Below, one piece after another: positions 9,743 through 18,731 of a stretch of DNA of 64,000 nucleotides. Made by a program: the position numbers and the translations under genes. Below the pieces are notes generated by a model. It did no database searches. It had not been told where the DNA came from and worked only from the letters and a program-made list of their open reading frames with translations. Within the stretch, counting starts at the first letter, position 1; every line of letters starts with the position of its first letter. This DNA is from Candidatus Sungiibacteriota bacterium (lineage in GTDB: Bacteria; Patescibacteriota; Minisyncoccia; Sungbacterales; JACQCQ01). The stretch lies in NCBI GenBank assembly GCA_016201505.1, contig JACQCQ010000009.1:1991-65990 (forward strand), read 5' to 3'.

Positions 9743-10429
9743 ATGAGCCAAGCAGGAAGGATCCCGACTTGTATCGGCATTATTCCCGATGGCAATCGCC
9801 GCTGGGCGAAGGCTAACGGCCTCTCGTCGCTCGAGGGCCATCACGCCGGGTATCAAAAATTTAAGGAAGTAGTCCATTGGGCTTTTGAGCGCGGCGTGTC
9901 CACGGTGATTTTTTATGCTTTCTCGACTGAAAATTGGCGACGTGAACCCAAAGAAGTTAAATATTTAATGAAAATGCTGGAATGGGTTTTGTCGAGCGAA
10001 GTCGATGAACTGCATACGGAGGGCATTCGAGTTCGCGTCATCGGCGATATCCGATCACTTTCCGACAGGCTCCAAGAGTTAGTTCGTAAAACCGAGGCGA
10101 AAACAAAAGATAATGCAAATGGGACTGTTGCGATTTTGCTCTCTTACGGGGGCAGAAAAGAAATCATGGAAGCTTTAAAAAAAGCGCGGCTTGATCCCTC
10201 GCTCGCGGCCGAAGAAAGTTTTGCCAAACTCTTATGGACAGAGGAATTGCCCGACCCTGATTTGGTCCTGCGGACGAGCGGCGTTAAACGCCTGTCTAAC
10301 TTTTTGATCTGGCAGACGGCCTACAGCGAGCTTTTTTTCTCCGATACGCTCTGGCCGGATTTTTCGAGGCCGGAATTTGAGGCGGTACTCGCCGAATTCG
10401 CCGAACGTGAGCGAAGATTCGGCGCCTAA
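9743..10429 (+). CDS. uppS: Undecaprenyl diphosphate synthase
   Basis: IPDGNRRWA, AFSTENW, RTSG..RLSNF. Confidence 0.95.
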   Translation: MSQAGRIPTCIGIIPDGNRRWAKANGLSSLEGHHAGYQKFKEVVHWAFERGVSTVIFYAFSTENWRREPKEVKYLMKMLEWVLSSEVDELHTEGIRVRVIGDIRSLSDRLQELVRKTEAKTKDNANGTVAILLSYGGRKEIMEALKKARLDPSLAAEESFAKLLWTEELPDPDLVLRTSGVKRLSNFLIWQTAYSELFFSDTLWPDFSRPEFEAVLAEFAERERRFGA

Positions 10430-10440
10430 GAAAAAATCCC

Positions 10441-10674
10441 TTAGCGGGATTTTTTCTTAGGCTTGACCAGTCGTTTCAGCGACCTTTTATGCTTTCGTTT
10501 CAGCAGTGTTCCCAACTGCAGCCCATCTTTCCCTAGGGTGCGGTGGTAGATTTGCTGAAGCGTTCCGATCTTGGTATCGTTTCGCTTTCGGCGCAATTTG
10601 CCCGAACTTTTTACTCGAGAGCGCGAGCCTCGCATACCGGGGGCATCCTTGGCTTTTTTTTGCCGTCGTTTCAT
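10441..10674 (-). CDS. Small basic hypothetical protein; ATG supplied by an insertion element end
   Basis: 77-aa K/R-rich ORF between hsp20 and a terminator. Confidence 0.4.
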   Translation of the reverse strand: MKRRQKKAKDAPGMRGSRSRVKSSGKLRRKRNDTKIGTLQQIYHRTLGKDGLQLGTLLKRKHKRSLKRLVKPKKKSR

Positions 10675-10787
10675 CCCGTTAGAAGCAGATCGCGATAAAT
10701 GCTGCTTTCCGCTTAATTAGTTTTTTAATTTTATTAAACAAAGTTTTATGTCCAAAGATTCTACCGTGATCGCGGCTTCTAACGGGA
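10670..10787 (-). mobile_element. CCCGTTAGA-type hairpin insertion element
   Basis: TCCCGTTAGAAGC...GCTTCTAACGGGA inverted repeats exactly between the hsp20 stop and the next ATG. Confidence 0.85.
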
Positions 10788-11276
10788 TCAATCTGATTTT
10801 ACCCGAAGTTTTTGCGCCTTGTTGCGATCGCGTTTCGGCAGCTTAACGGTCAGCAGGCCGTTTTTCATTGAAGCTTCGGCTTCATCGGAAATAATCTCTT
10901 GCGGCAGGATAATAGATCTGACAAACGACCCCCAGTAGAGCTCCTGGTAGAAGAAATTTTCTTCACGCACCTCATTCGTTCTCGAGCGTTTTCCGCGGAT
11001 GGTGACCATTTCATCCGTTACTTGCACATCGAGGTCCTCGGGTTTTACGCCGCCGACGATGGCCTGCACCGTGACATAATCCCCGTCGTCAAAAATATCA
11101 ACCGAGAGTTCGCCCTCCTCGACAGTCTCCGCCTCCCCCTCTGGTGCTGCTTCAAGTTCTGGTTTTGCGGCTTCGGCAATTTTTTTTGTAGTTTGTGAAA
11201 TTCGCTCGCGCGGCGGCTCGGACGGCGTGGGCGCGGGTTTCGATCCCGTCAGTCTTTCAAAAAAAGATTTTGCCAT
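10788..11276 (-). CDS. Hsp20 / alpha-crystallin small heat-shock protein
   Basis: E-x2-WGSFVRSI-x-LP and A-x-MKNGLLTVKLPK. Confidence 0.92.
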   Translation of the reverse strand: MAKSFFERLTGSKPAPTPSEPPRERISQTTKKIAEAAKPELEAAPEGEAETVEEGELSVDIFDDGDYVTVQAIVGGVKPEDLDVQVTDEMVTIRGKRSRTNEVREENFFYQELYWGSFVRSIILPQEIISDEAEASMKNGLLTVKLPKRDRNKAQKLRVKSD

Positions 11277-11302
11277 AGAATTGAGAGCTGATGTTCAAAA
11301 AA

Positions 11303-12022
11303 TTATCCGGCCGTCTCTCCTTTCAATTTATGAAAATCAATCAAAATAACGATGAGCGCCGAGGAGAGAAGGGCGGCCAGGTAGAGCGCGCTGCCCGGCA
11401 GATGGTCTTTCAATATAATAAGGTAGTCAAATCCGGCATGCAAGCAGGCCGCAGCCAGGATGCCGAGGGCGATAACATGTTTCCGGTGGGGAGAAAACCA
11501 AGCTCGGGCAATGGCGTAGCCCACGACGCCGGAAGACAAGGCATGCAGAAAGTTGGCGCCAATAAATCGAGCGATGGATAATTTGGCGCCGAGGATTAAG
11601 TTTCTGCCAATCAGCATTTGCGGATTGTAACTTTGATTGAAGAGAAACAGGATATTCTCCATCGCCGCAAAGCCCATGCCGGCGGTCATCATATAAATCA
11701 TGGCGTCAATCGGTTCGTTAAAATCCTTTCGGGAGAAAGCCAGTAATTTTGCCGCCAGGTATTTGGCGTATTCCTCAACCAGCGCCACGATAAAAAATGT
11801 AAAGAAAAAATTCGTAAACGGGTCGGTTTTATAAAACAGCGCTTCTTGCGCGAGCAAAGCAAAAATGGCCGCGGCCGCCCCGCCCAAAAACGTGATTAAA
11901 ATAAGATGCACGGGTTCGGCATGCCGATCCTCCCGCAGGTAAATCAAAAGCCAAATGATCGGCGGAATAACGCCAAGCGCCAGAAATCCCGAGCTGGTGG
12001 AAACAACGGCCGCGTAATCCAT
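11303..12022 (-). CDS. PrsW-family intramembrane protease
   Basis: VEEYAK, GFAAMEN, two His motifs. Confidence 0.9.
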   Translation of the reverse strand: MDYAAVVSTSSGFLALGVIPPIIWLLIYLREDRHAEPVHLILITFLGGAAAAIFALLAQEALFYKTDPFTNFFFTFFIVALVEEYAKYLAAKLLAFSRKDFNEPIDAMIYMMTAGMGFAAMENILFLFNQSYNPQMLIGRNLILGAKLSIARFIGANFLHALSSGVVGYAIARAWFSPHRKHVIALGILAAACLHAGFDYLIILKDHLPGSALYLAALLSSALIVILIDFHKLKGETAG

Positions 12023-12146
12023 CCCGTTAGAGGCGGACCTGCCTGCCGGCAGGCAGGATCGCGATCAAACGCGTTCGCCGCACAATAATTTTATAAATTG
12101 ACATATATCTAATATATAACTTTTGCGGTCGCGGCCTCTCACGGGA
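12018..12146 (-). mobile_element. CCCGTTAGA-type element at the prsW start codon
   Basis: Minus strand ATGGA-TCCCGTGAGAGG...CCTCTAACGGGA-TGGA; contains a nested CCTGCCTGCCGGCAGGCAGG palindrome. Confidence 0.85.
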
Positions 12147-12160
12147 TCCATTTTTTTATT

Positions 12161-12225
12161 GTCTACCGTCTACCGACTACAGTCTACTGCCTAAACCTTT
12201 GCGGTAGTCAATGTCAGTAGCCCGT
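12161..12225. repeat. Degenerate heptamer (CTACMGW) hairpin repeat
   Basis: gtctaccgtctaccgactacagtctactg followed by a GTAG-containing arm. Confidence 0.65.
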
Positions 12226-12234
12226 GGTCTTTAA

Positions 12235-14493
12235 TCAGTGTCGGGGCCAAGGCTCAATCATGAGCAATCTTTTTTCTTTCACGGGCAGATGCTCCCAAAT
12301 GGCTTCGGTCACGTAGGGCATAAAAGGATGCAGTAAAATCAAGCTAGTTTTTAAGATCGTGTAGATCAAAATTTTTGCCGCTTCTCGGTCTTTTTCATCA
12401 TCTGATTGGAGCCGCGGTTTCGCCGACTCGATGATTGTGTCGGCGAAGGTGTGCCAGAAATAATGGTAGAGAGTTTCCGCGGCGTGATGGAACTTAAACG
12501 CTTCCATATCTTGGCTGACTTGTTTTGTGAGCCCATCCAAGTCTTTTAGCAGTTTTTTGTCATGCTTCGTTAGCTTGGCTTTTTTCGCATTCGGCTCCGT
12601 ATCTTCGAGATGAATCAAGACAAACCGCGAAGCATTCCAAATCTTATTGGCAAAATTTCGATAGCCGCGGATTTTATCTTCAGAGATAATCGGATCATTC
12701 CCCGGCGTGTTGCCGACAACCAGCGACATGCGAACGGCGTCGGTGCCGTATAATTCTGCGACACCCAGCGGGTCAATTACATTGCCCTTTGATTTTGACA
12801 TTTTCTGCCGATCCTGATCGCGGACGAGGCCATGCAGATAGACTTTTTTAAACGGCACTTTCCCGGTCCGGTACATGCCAAGCATAATCATGCGAGCCAC
12901 CCAAAAAAAGAAAATATCCCAGCCCGTTTCCATGACTGAAGTCGGGTAAAATTCTTTAAAATCTTTGCCGTCAGGATAGCCGAGCGCCAAAAACGGCCAC
13001 TGGCCGGATGAAAACCAGGTATCAAGAACGTCCGGATCTTGAATAAGATTATGATCGCCGCATGCGGGGCATTGGAGAGGCGCTTCCTTTGAAACAATCG
13101 GGGGGCAGCCCTCCCTCGCTCTGCCGGAGCTTTGGCGGGCGCTCAATTCTCTGGCCGCACCCTCGTCGCGGAGAAAATTGGCGCAAAACCAGGCCGGAAT
13201 GCGAATGCCCCAGCTAATCTGGCGCGAAATATTCCAGTCGCGGAGCCCTGACATCCAATGATAAAAAACTTTTTCAAATCGCTTCGGGATGAACTCGATT
13301 TGTTTTGATTTAATGGCCTTTACGCCGAGATCGCGCAGCGAAGTTTTTGTATTTCCTTTGTCGGTCATTTTTACAAACCACTGCGGGATGACCATCGGCT
13401 CAATAATGCCGCCCGATCTCGCCGAAACCGCGACCGAATGTTTATATGACTCATCGATTTTAGTAACGAGGCCCTTGGCTTGCATATCTTCTACGACCTT
13501 TTTGCGCGCTTCTTCGACTTTCATCCCCTGATAGGGCCCAGCCCGTTCATTCATTCGTCCGTATTTGTCGATGACCTGCTTGATTTCAAGATTATGCCGC
13601 AAGGCGATTTCAAAGTCGGCCGCATCATGCGCCGGCGTTACTTTGACAACACCCGTGCCGAATTCGGGGTCGACCGCCGCATCTGCGATGACCGAAATTT
13701 TTGCTGGTCCCAAAACTGTTTCAATATCAATCATCTGGCCGACAAATTCCCTGTATCGTTTGTCTTTCGGGTTTACCGCGACCGCTGTATCACCAAATTT
13801 AGTCTCGGGACGAACTGTCGCGAGTTCCAACGGCCCGTATTTTATGAAATAGAGCGGATCATTGCGCTCTTCGTATTTTATTTCTAAATCGGAAAGCGCT
13901 GTTTGATCTTTGACCGACCAATTGATGATGCGCCTCCCGCGATAAATGAGACCATCTTGATACATTTGGACAAATGAATCCTCTACTTTTCCAACGATGT
14001 CGGCATCAAGCGTAAATTTTTCTCTAGACCAATCGCATGAAGCGCCCAGTTTGCGTAACTGGTTTTCCATGACGACTTTATTTTTTTGCGTGAACTCGAA
14101 AATTTGGCTGTACAATTCTTCACGCGAAAAATCTGACCAGCGCTTGCCTTCTTTTTCCAACTTTTTTCGATAGACAAATTCGGTTTCGATGCCGGCGTGA
14201 TCGGCGCCCGGCAGCCAAAGCGCTACTCGCCCGCGCATGCGCTCGAACCTCGTCATAATATCCTGAAGCGTCACGAATAAGGCGTGGCCGATATGGAGTG
14301 CTCCGTTCGCATTCGGCGGCGGCATGATGATGGAAAATAGCTCTTTCTGCTTACCGGCCTTACCCCGCGAAACTCCAGTTGAGCGGAGTGGGGGCAGTTT
14401 GTCGGGATTAAAAAAACCAGACGCTTCCCAGCGCTTGTAAATCGCACCTTCTACTTTTTGCGGCAGATAAGCCCCGTTAGGAAATGTATCCAT
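12235..14493 (-). CDS. valS: Valine--tRNA ligase (short form lacking the C-terminal coiled coil)
   Basis: PPPNANGALHIGH, DWNISRQ, DTWFSS, KMSKS. Confidence 0.97.
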   Translation of the reverse strand: MDTFPNGAYLPQKVEGAIYKRWEASGFFNPDKLPPLRSTGVSRGKAGKQKELFSIIMPPPNANGALHIGHALFVTLQDIMTRFERMRGRVALWLPGADHAGIETEFVYRKKLEKEGKRWSDFSREELYSQIFEFTQKNKVVMENQLRKLGASCDWSREKFTLDADIVGKVEDSFVQMYQDGLIYRGRRIINWSVKDQTALSDLEIKYEERNDPLYFIKYGPLELATVRPETKFGDTAVAVNPKDKRYREFVGQMIDIETVLGPAKISVIADAAVDPEFGTGVVKVTPAHDAADFEIALRHNLEIKQVIDKYGRMNERAGPYQGMKVEEARKKVVEDMQAKGLVTKIDESYKHSVAVSARSGGIIEPMVIPQWFVKMTDKGNTKTSLRDLGVKAIKSKQIEFIPKRFEKVFYHWMSGLRDWNISRQISWGIRIPAWFCANFLRDEGAARELSARQSSGRAREGCPPIVSKEAPLQCPACGDHNLIQDPDVLDTWFSSGQWPFLALGYPDGKDFKEFYPTSVMETGWDIFFFWVARMIMLGMYRTGKVPFKKVYLHGLVRDQDRQKMSKSKGNVIDPLGVAELYGTDAVRMSLVVGNTPGNDPIISEDKIRGYRNFANKIWNASRFVLIHLEDTEPNAKKAKLTKHDKKLLKDLDGLTKQVSQDMEAFKFHHAAETLYHYFWHTFADTIIESAKPRLQSDDEKDREAAKILIYTILKTSLILLHPFMPYVTEAIWEHLPVKEKRLLMIEPWPRH

Positions 14494-14571
14494 AGACTCA
14501 CAACAAATTTTATAGGCTGATATTCAGATTTTCAGATATAAATCTCAAGTTAAATTTTCTAACGGGGTAAA
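14472..14571. mobile_element. CCCGTTAG-type element overlapping the valS 5-prime end
   Basis: CCCCGTTAGGAAAT...ATTTTCTAACGGGG-TAAA. Confidence 0.8.
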
Positions 14572-14688
14572 CTTGCCATGGTCAAATTTCTTCGATATAT
14601 CTAAAGCGGGCTCGTGGTTAGCGTACCATAGAGAAGAACGCTCGTTCCATTCTTGAAATTTCGGCCTTGAGGAGGTGAATAGGCAGTC

Positions 14689-14877
14689 ATGAATTTTTAC
14701 CTCTGCGAATTCAGTGATCTCGAGCCGGTCATCGCGGCGAGACTCGCCGAAGAAGGTTTCTGTCCCGGAATTCCCCAGTGCGGCATTCGGGCTAAGGATT
14801 ATCGCGCGGGGAAGTGCGATCTCGAAGGCTGTCCCCGGCGAGCCCGGGAGAAGGCCTATCTGCAAACCACTGGCTAG
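14689..14877 (+). CDS. Small Cys-rich hypothetical protein
   Basis: GAGGAGGTGA SD upstream; five Cys in 62 aa. Confidence 0.45.
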   Translation: MNFYLCEFSDLEPVIAARLAEEGFCPGIPQCGIRAKDYRAGKCDLEGCPRRAREKAYLQTTG

Positions 14878-16088
14878 GCCAGGCGCAGCGCCGGCTCGGC
14901 GCGGAGATCGCTCCGCGCCGCTTTTTTATTTCGCTGGTAATAGGCCGCCACCGCAATCATTAAGCCGTTATCGGTCGTTTCTTTTGGGTGCGGCAGAAAT
15001 ACTTTCACGGTGGGCAGCGCGCGAGAAAAACTTTCAGCCAGATCTTTGCGCAATTTTTTATTTGCCGCGACTCCCCCGCCGAGAATGAATGTTTTCACGC
15101 CGTATTTTCTGGCCGCAGCAATAGTTTTTTTAACGAGTACCTCAACCACCGCATTCTGAAACTCATGCGCGATATCAGCGAATAACGAATCTCCTTCGAA
15201 TATACGAATTCGTTTATTCGTTTTAAATTCGGTATTCGTTGTTGTGAGTTCACGAAGTTTATATAACACCGCTGTCTTTAACCCTGAAAACGAAAAATCA
15301 AAGTTGGGTGAATCGATCATCGGCCTCGGCAGCCTGATTCTCGGTTCTTTATTCTTGATTCTAAATTTCTCGGCGAGCCGAGAAATTTGTGGTCCTCCCG
15401 GATACGTAAGGCCCAAGAGTTTTGCGACCTTATCAAAAGCTTCGCCGGCGGCATCGTCCCGCGTCTCGCCGATAATTTGATACGCGCCGTGTTTTTTCAT
15501 GAGCACGAGTTCGGTATGTCCCCCCGAGACAATCAAAGCCAGCGCCGGGAAATCAATTTTTTTCTGATGCAGGAGATTGACATATATATGGCCCGCCAGA
15601 TGATTTACGGAAACGAGCGGCACCTGCCATACGCGCGCCAGGCCTTTAGCAAAATTAACCCCGGTCCAGAGCGCCGGCGCCAGCCCCGGCCCGTAGGTGA
15701 CGGCAATGACATCAATGGCGGGTTTTTCAATTTTAGGGATTTCTTTTTTAAATTGACGGAACAACTCCGGCTCGTGCGAAAAACAATCAGCCAATATCGA
15801 ATTGTTTGCGAATATACGAATTCGCTTATTCGTTTTAGATTCGTTATTCGCTGATGAGCGATAGAGCCTCGCTTCTTTGAGCGCTGTTTTTAATACCGGC
15901 ACTAAGTTTTTCTCATGCTCTCTTTTCGCCAGGTTTGGCACGACGCCGCCGAACTTGGCGTGGATGGCAATCTGCGATGAGACAACATTGGCAAGCGGCT
16001 TAAATTTCGGCGCGTTGATACGTCCATCTGCTTCAAGCACAGCAATCGCCGTTTCATCACATGATGTTTCAATGGCTAGAATTCTCAT
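14874..16088 (-). CDS. tsaD: tRNA N6-adenosine threonylcarbamoyltransferase, with in-frame insertions
   Basis: IETSCDET, VSGGHT, DDAAGEAFDK, FSFSGLKT, TDN. Confidence 0.96.
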   Translation of the reverse strand: MRILAIETSCDETAIAVLEADGRINAPKFKPLANVVSSQIAIHAKFGGVVPNLAKREHEKNLVPVLKTALKEARLYRSSANNESKTNKRIRIFANNSILADCFSHEPELFRQFKKEIPKIEKPAIDVIAVTYGPGLAPALWTGVNFAKGLARVWQVPLVSVNHLAGHIYVNLLHQKKIDFPALALIVSGGHTELVLMKKHGAYQIIGETRDDAAGEAFDKVAKLLGLTYPGGPQISRLAEKFRIKNKEPRIRLPRPMIDSPNFDFSFSGLKTAVLYKLRELTTTNTEFKTNKRIRIFEGDSLFADIAHEFQNAVVEVLVKKTIAAARKYGVKTFILGGGVAANKKLRKDLAESFSRALPTVKVFLPHPKETTDNGLMIAVAAYYQRNKKAARSDLRAEPALRLA

Positions 16089-16196
16089 GACTGAAGCATT
16101 ATATCCCGAAATAGTAAGTTTACAATTAGGCGGATTTGAGTTATTTTGGGCTTCAGTTAATTAGAAATTAAGAATTAGAGATTAGGAATTCTTCCT

Positions 16197-16269
16197 GCTC
16201 CCATCGTCTAGAGGCCCAGGACCCGGGCTTTTCAAGCCCGTTACACCAGTTCGAATCTGGTTGGGAGCG
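16197..16269 (+). tRNA. tRNA-Glu(TTC)
   Basis: Full cloverleaf; anticodon arm CGGGC-TTTTCAA-GCCCG. Confidence 0.95.
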
Positions 16270-16318
16270 CAAAGCAGAGTTAGTTTCTTAGTTCAATCTC
16301 CTGCGATAGAATAGTCTT

Positions 16319-16861
16319 ATGCCTGACCGACGCGTCATTGATTTAAAAAATTCAATTGCGGCAACCGAATCTGACGCCGAGGAAAATTCTGATTCTTTTT
16401 TTTCAATTCTGCATTCGTGGAGAGCTCCGGAGTATCACCACATTCCGAAAGAACGAAACTGGTATATTGCCGGCGCGATTATCGCCGGCAGTCTTCTCGT
16501 TTACTCCCTGATGACCGCAAATTATTTTTTTGCGATATTCACTCTGCTTGCGACATTTATCGTCTATACCTATTCCGTCCGCCTGCCTAAAGAAATGTAC
16601 GGCGCGATCACCTCGCACGGCGTGCAGATCAACAATCGATTGTATGGCTTTGAGGATTTAAATTCTTTCTGGATTTTTTATGAACCCGGTGGTATAAAAG
16701 AGCTTAGCCTTGAATCAAAAAAAGCCGTTATGCCGTATATTCGCCTGCCGCTGGGCGATGCCGAGCCGGTAAAAATTCGCGAAATTTTGGTCCAATACGT
16801 ACCCGAGGTGCGTCACGAAGAATCTCTTGCCGAGACTCTTTCAAGGTTTATAGGATTTTAA
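16319..16861 (+). CDS. Conserved CPR-type membrane protein (DUF5673-like)
   Basis: W-x-APEY, two TM helices, SFWIFY. Confidence 0.7.
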   Translation: MPDRRVIDLKNSIAATESDAEENSDSFFSILHSWRAPEYHHIPKERNWYIAGAIIAGSLLVYSLMTANYFFAIFTLLATFIVYTYSVRLPKEMYGAITSHGVQINNRLYGFEDLNSFWIFYEPGGIKELSLESKKAVMPYIRLPLGDAEPVKIREILVQYVPEVRHEESLAETLSRFIGF

Positions 16862-16888
16862 TTCAGGCAAGTGCGCGACAAGCGCCCT

Positions 16889-16963
16889 GCGCTCGTCGTT
16901 CAACGGATAGGACACAAGCTTGCGGAGCTTGTAATAGGGGTTCGATTCCTCTCGAGCGCACCA
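16889..16963 (+). tRNA. tRNA-Arg(GCG)
   Basis: Full cloverleaf; CAAGC-TTGCGGA-GCTTG; encoded CCA. Confidence 0.93.
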
Positions 16964-17080
16964 ATCAGGAAAAGTCAAATCCTCGCGGCGCGTGCCGCGC
17001 CGCTCGGCCACCAATTCGTACGGATTTTTTGGCTCAAAACGGAACTGACGGTTTTCGGCGGGAAAAGAAAATTTTTTCAT
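16940..17080 (-). pseudogene. Possible C-terminal remnant of a large serine recombinase running into the tRNA 3-prime end
   Basis: PKNPYELVAER...FPDWC ending at the tRNA acceptor stem; family call is from recall only. Confidence 0.4.
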
Positions 17081-17103
17081 TTACTAATTAACCAAACAAA
17101 ACT

Positions 17104-17313
17104 ATGCGCTATGTAATCTATGCTCGTAAATCTACCGAGGACGAAGATCGTCAGATTTTGAGTATTGAAGCTCAACTCGTTGAACTCAAAGAATTTGCCG
17201 CCAAAGAAAAACTTGAAATTGTCGCTTCCTTTCAGGAAGCAAAAACTGCCAAAGAACCTGACGAAAAACATCGACTCGAACCATATTTTTGGGAAAAGAA
17301 AATTTTTTCATAA
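17104..17313 (+). pseudogene. Truncated serine recombinase (catalytic N-terminus)
   Basis: YARKSTEDEDRQILSIEAQ; similarity ends after about 52 aa. Confidence 0.85.
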
Positions 17314-17451
17314 GATTTTTCAGAAAAGAAACTCAATGAGTTTCTTTTCTGTTTTAGCTTGATTTTCCTTGGTATTTTTGCTAATGTAATTTTGGTAATC
17401 AGCCCGATAGTCGGGCTGAAGTCGCACATTCCCAACTAGGAGGATAGACGC

Positions 17452-17530
17452 ATGGAGCTACAAACCGAAGTCGCAGATATCCGATTGGAGCACCCGTTGA
17501 TGAACGCGGCAGGAACGTGCAAGATGCTGG
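17452..17530 (+). pseudogene. N-terminal fragment resembling family-1 dihydroorotate dehydrogenase
   Basis: AGGAGG SD then LEHPLMNAAGTCK; the rest of the ORF looks unrelated. Confidence 0.5.
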
Positions 17531-17819
17531 TGACAAGCCCCAGAAAAACTAGACAGTTGCGGATAAAGAATTATGGCCGGAAGAAAGCTCGGAGAGCCGA
17601 GTTTTCTCCTGTTCGTAAAATGTATGCGGCGGCATTACGCACGGCGAAGACATTCGGGAGTATCGCGAGAGCGGCGCTGTGGCAACGCAAGTGGCCACTG
17701 CCTATCTCGAGCGACACGAGCAAGTGTTCAGTTCACTCCTCGGCGAGCTCCTCGAAGTTGCGAGCGCGTGAATCGCTCGCGGAAAACCGTCCCACGGGAC
17801 GCTCATCGGCAACAGTGTG

Positions 17820-18068
17820 CGTCCCTTTCTTTTTAAATTTGAAAGAACAAAGAATTTGCCGCCAAAGCTGAAATTCGCTAGAATTTCAGTAATCCGAATT
17901 CCGCCAAAGAAAAACTTGATTCGCCAGCTGGCGAATGTCAGCGGTGCGGCTCACTTCGACTTCGCTCAGTACGAGCCGCCGCCTTTCCGTCCGCCAGCTG
18001 GCGGATTCGCGGGGGGTTCTCGCCGCAGGCGTTTCGCTCAAAGAAAGTTCGCGCAAAGTGTATAATTA
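17820..18068 (+). mobile_element. Structured island-border repeat
   Basis: Two CGCCAGCTGGCG palindromes and a tail shared with 1-240. Confidence 0.5.
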
Positions 18069-18112
18069 CAGCATTGTACGATATTCTTTGATTATGTTAG
18101 AGTGCCCTTGTT

Positions 18113-18355
18113 ATGAAGAAATCAGGAGGCAAAAAGTTATCGAAATTTAGTATTGATCTGGATCGTGAGGAAGATGGACGATGGATTGCAGAAGTTCCCA
18201 AAGTTCCCGGTGCTATGGCATATGGCAATACGAAGCAAGAGGCGGTCCGAAGGGCATATGCCATTGCTTTACGAACACTTGCAGATAGCATAGAACAAGG
18301 CCATACACCCGTGATCGTTTCTCGCTTACTTGAACATGCAATGGCACGCCGTTAA
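18113..18355 (+). CDS. hicB: HicB-family antitoxin (short form)
   Basis: REEDGRWIAEVP..PG...YG.T..EA. Confidence 0.88.
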   Translation: MKKSGGKKLSKFSIDLDREEDGRWIAEVPKVPGAMAYGNTKQEAVRRAYAIALRTLADSIEQGHTPVIVSRLLEHAMARR

Positions 18356-18545
18356 AGCGCGGGAGGTTCTTAAGGCATTGCTGGATTCCGGGTGGCGGAT
18401 CAAAAGACAAAAAGGGTCGCATAGAATTCTTAGTAAAGTTGGTTACACCAATTTCACTTTTGCTTTCCATGATCGAGAAGAAATCGGTCCCCGAATGCTT
18501 GCTCGAATTGCGAAGTATACCGATATAACTCCGGACGTGTTTTGA
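18336..18545 (+). CDS. hicA: HicA-family mRNA interferase toxin
   Basis: GW...RQKGSH, overlaps hicB. Confidence 0.88.
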   Translation: MQWHAVKAREVLKALLDSGWRIKRQKGSHRILSKVGYTNFTFAFHDREEIGPRMLARIAKYTDITPDVF

Positions 18546-18731
18546 CTCTCAAACGTAATATAGGTGAGATGGGGGTAGCGTCCACGAAGGTGAGGCTCGA
18601 TTCCTCACGGGGGCGCCACCAAGAAAAAATACACCCTGGGGTGTATTTTTTCTTTGCGGTTGCATTTTTTAAATATTTGAGGTACACCAGTAACCAAGCC
18701 GAGGATAGAACAGGAAAACAGGAGGAGGCCG

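Noticed and set aside
18570-18621. Functional tRNA
   Set aside because: Only a T-arm-like hairpin and CCA; no D-arm or anticodon arm.
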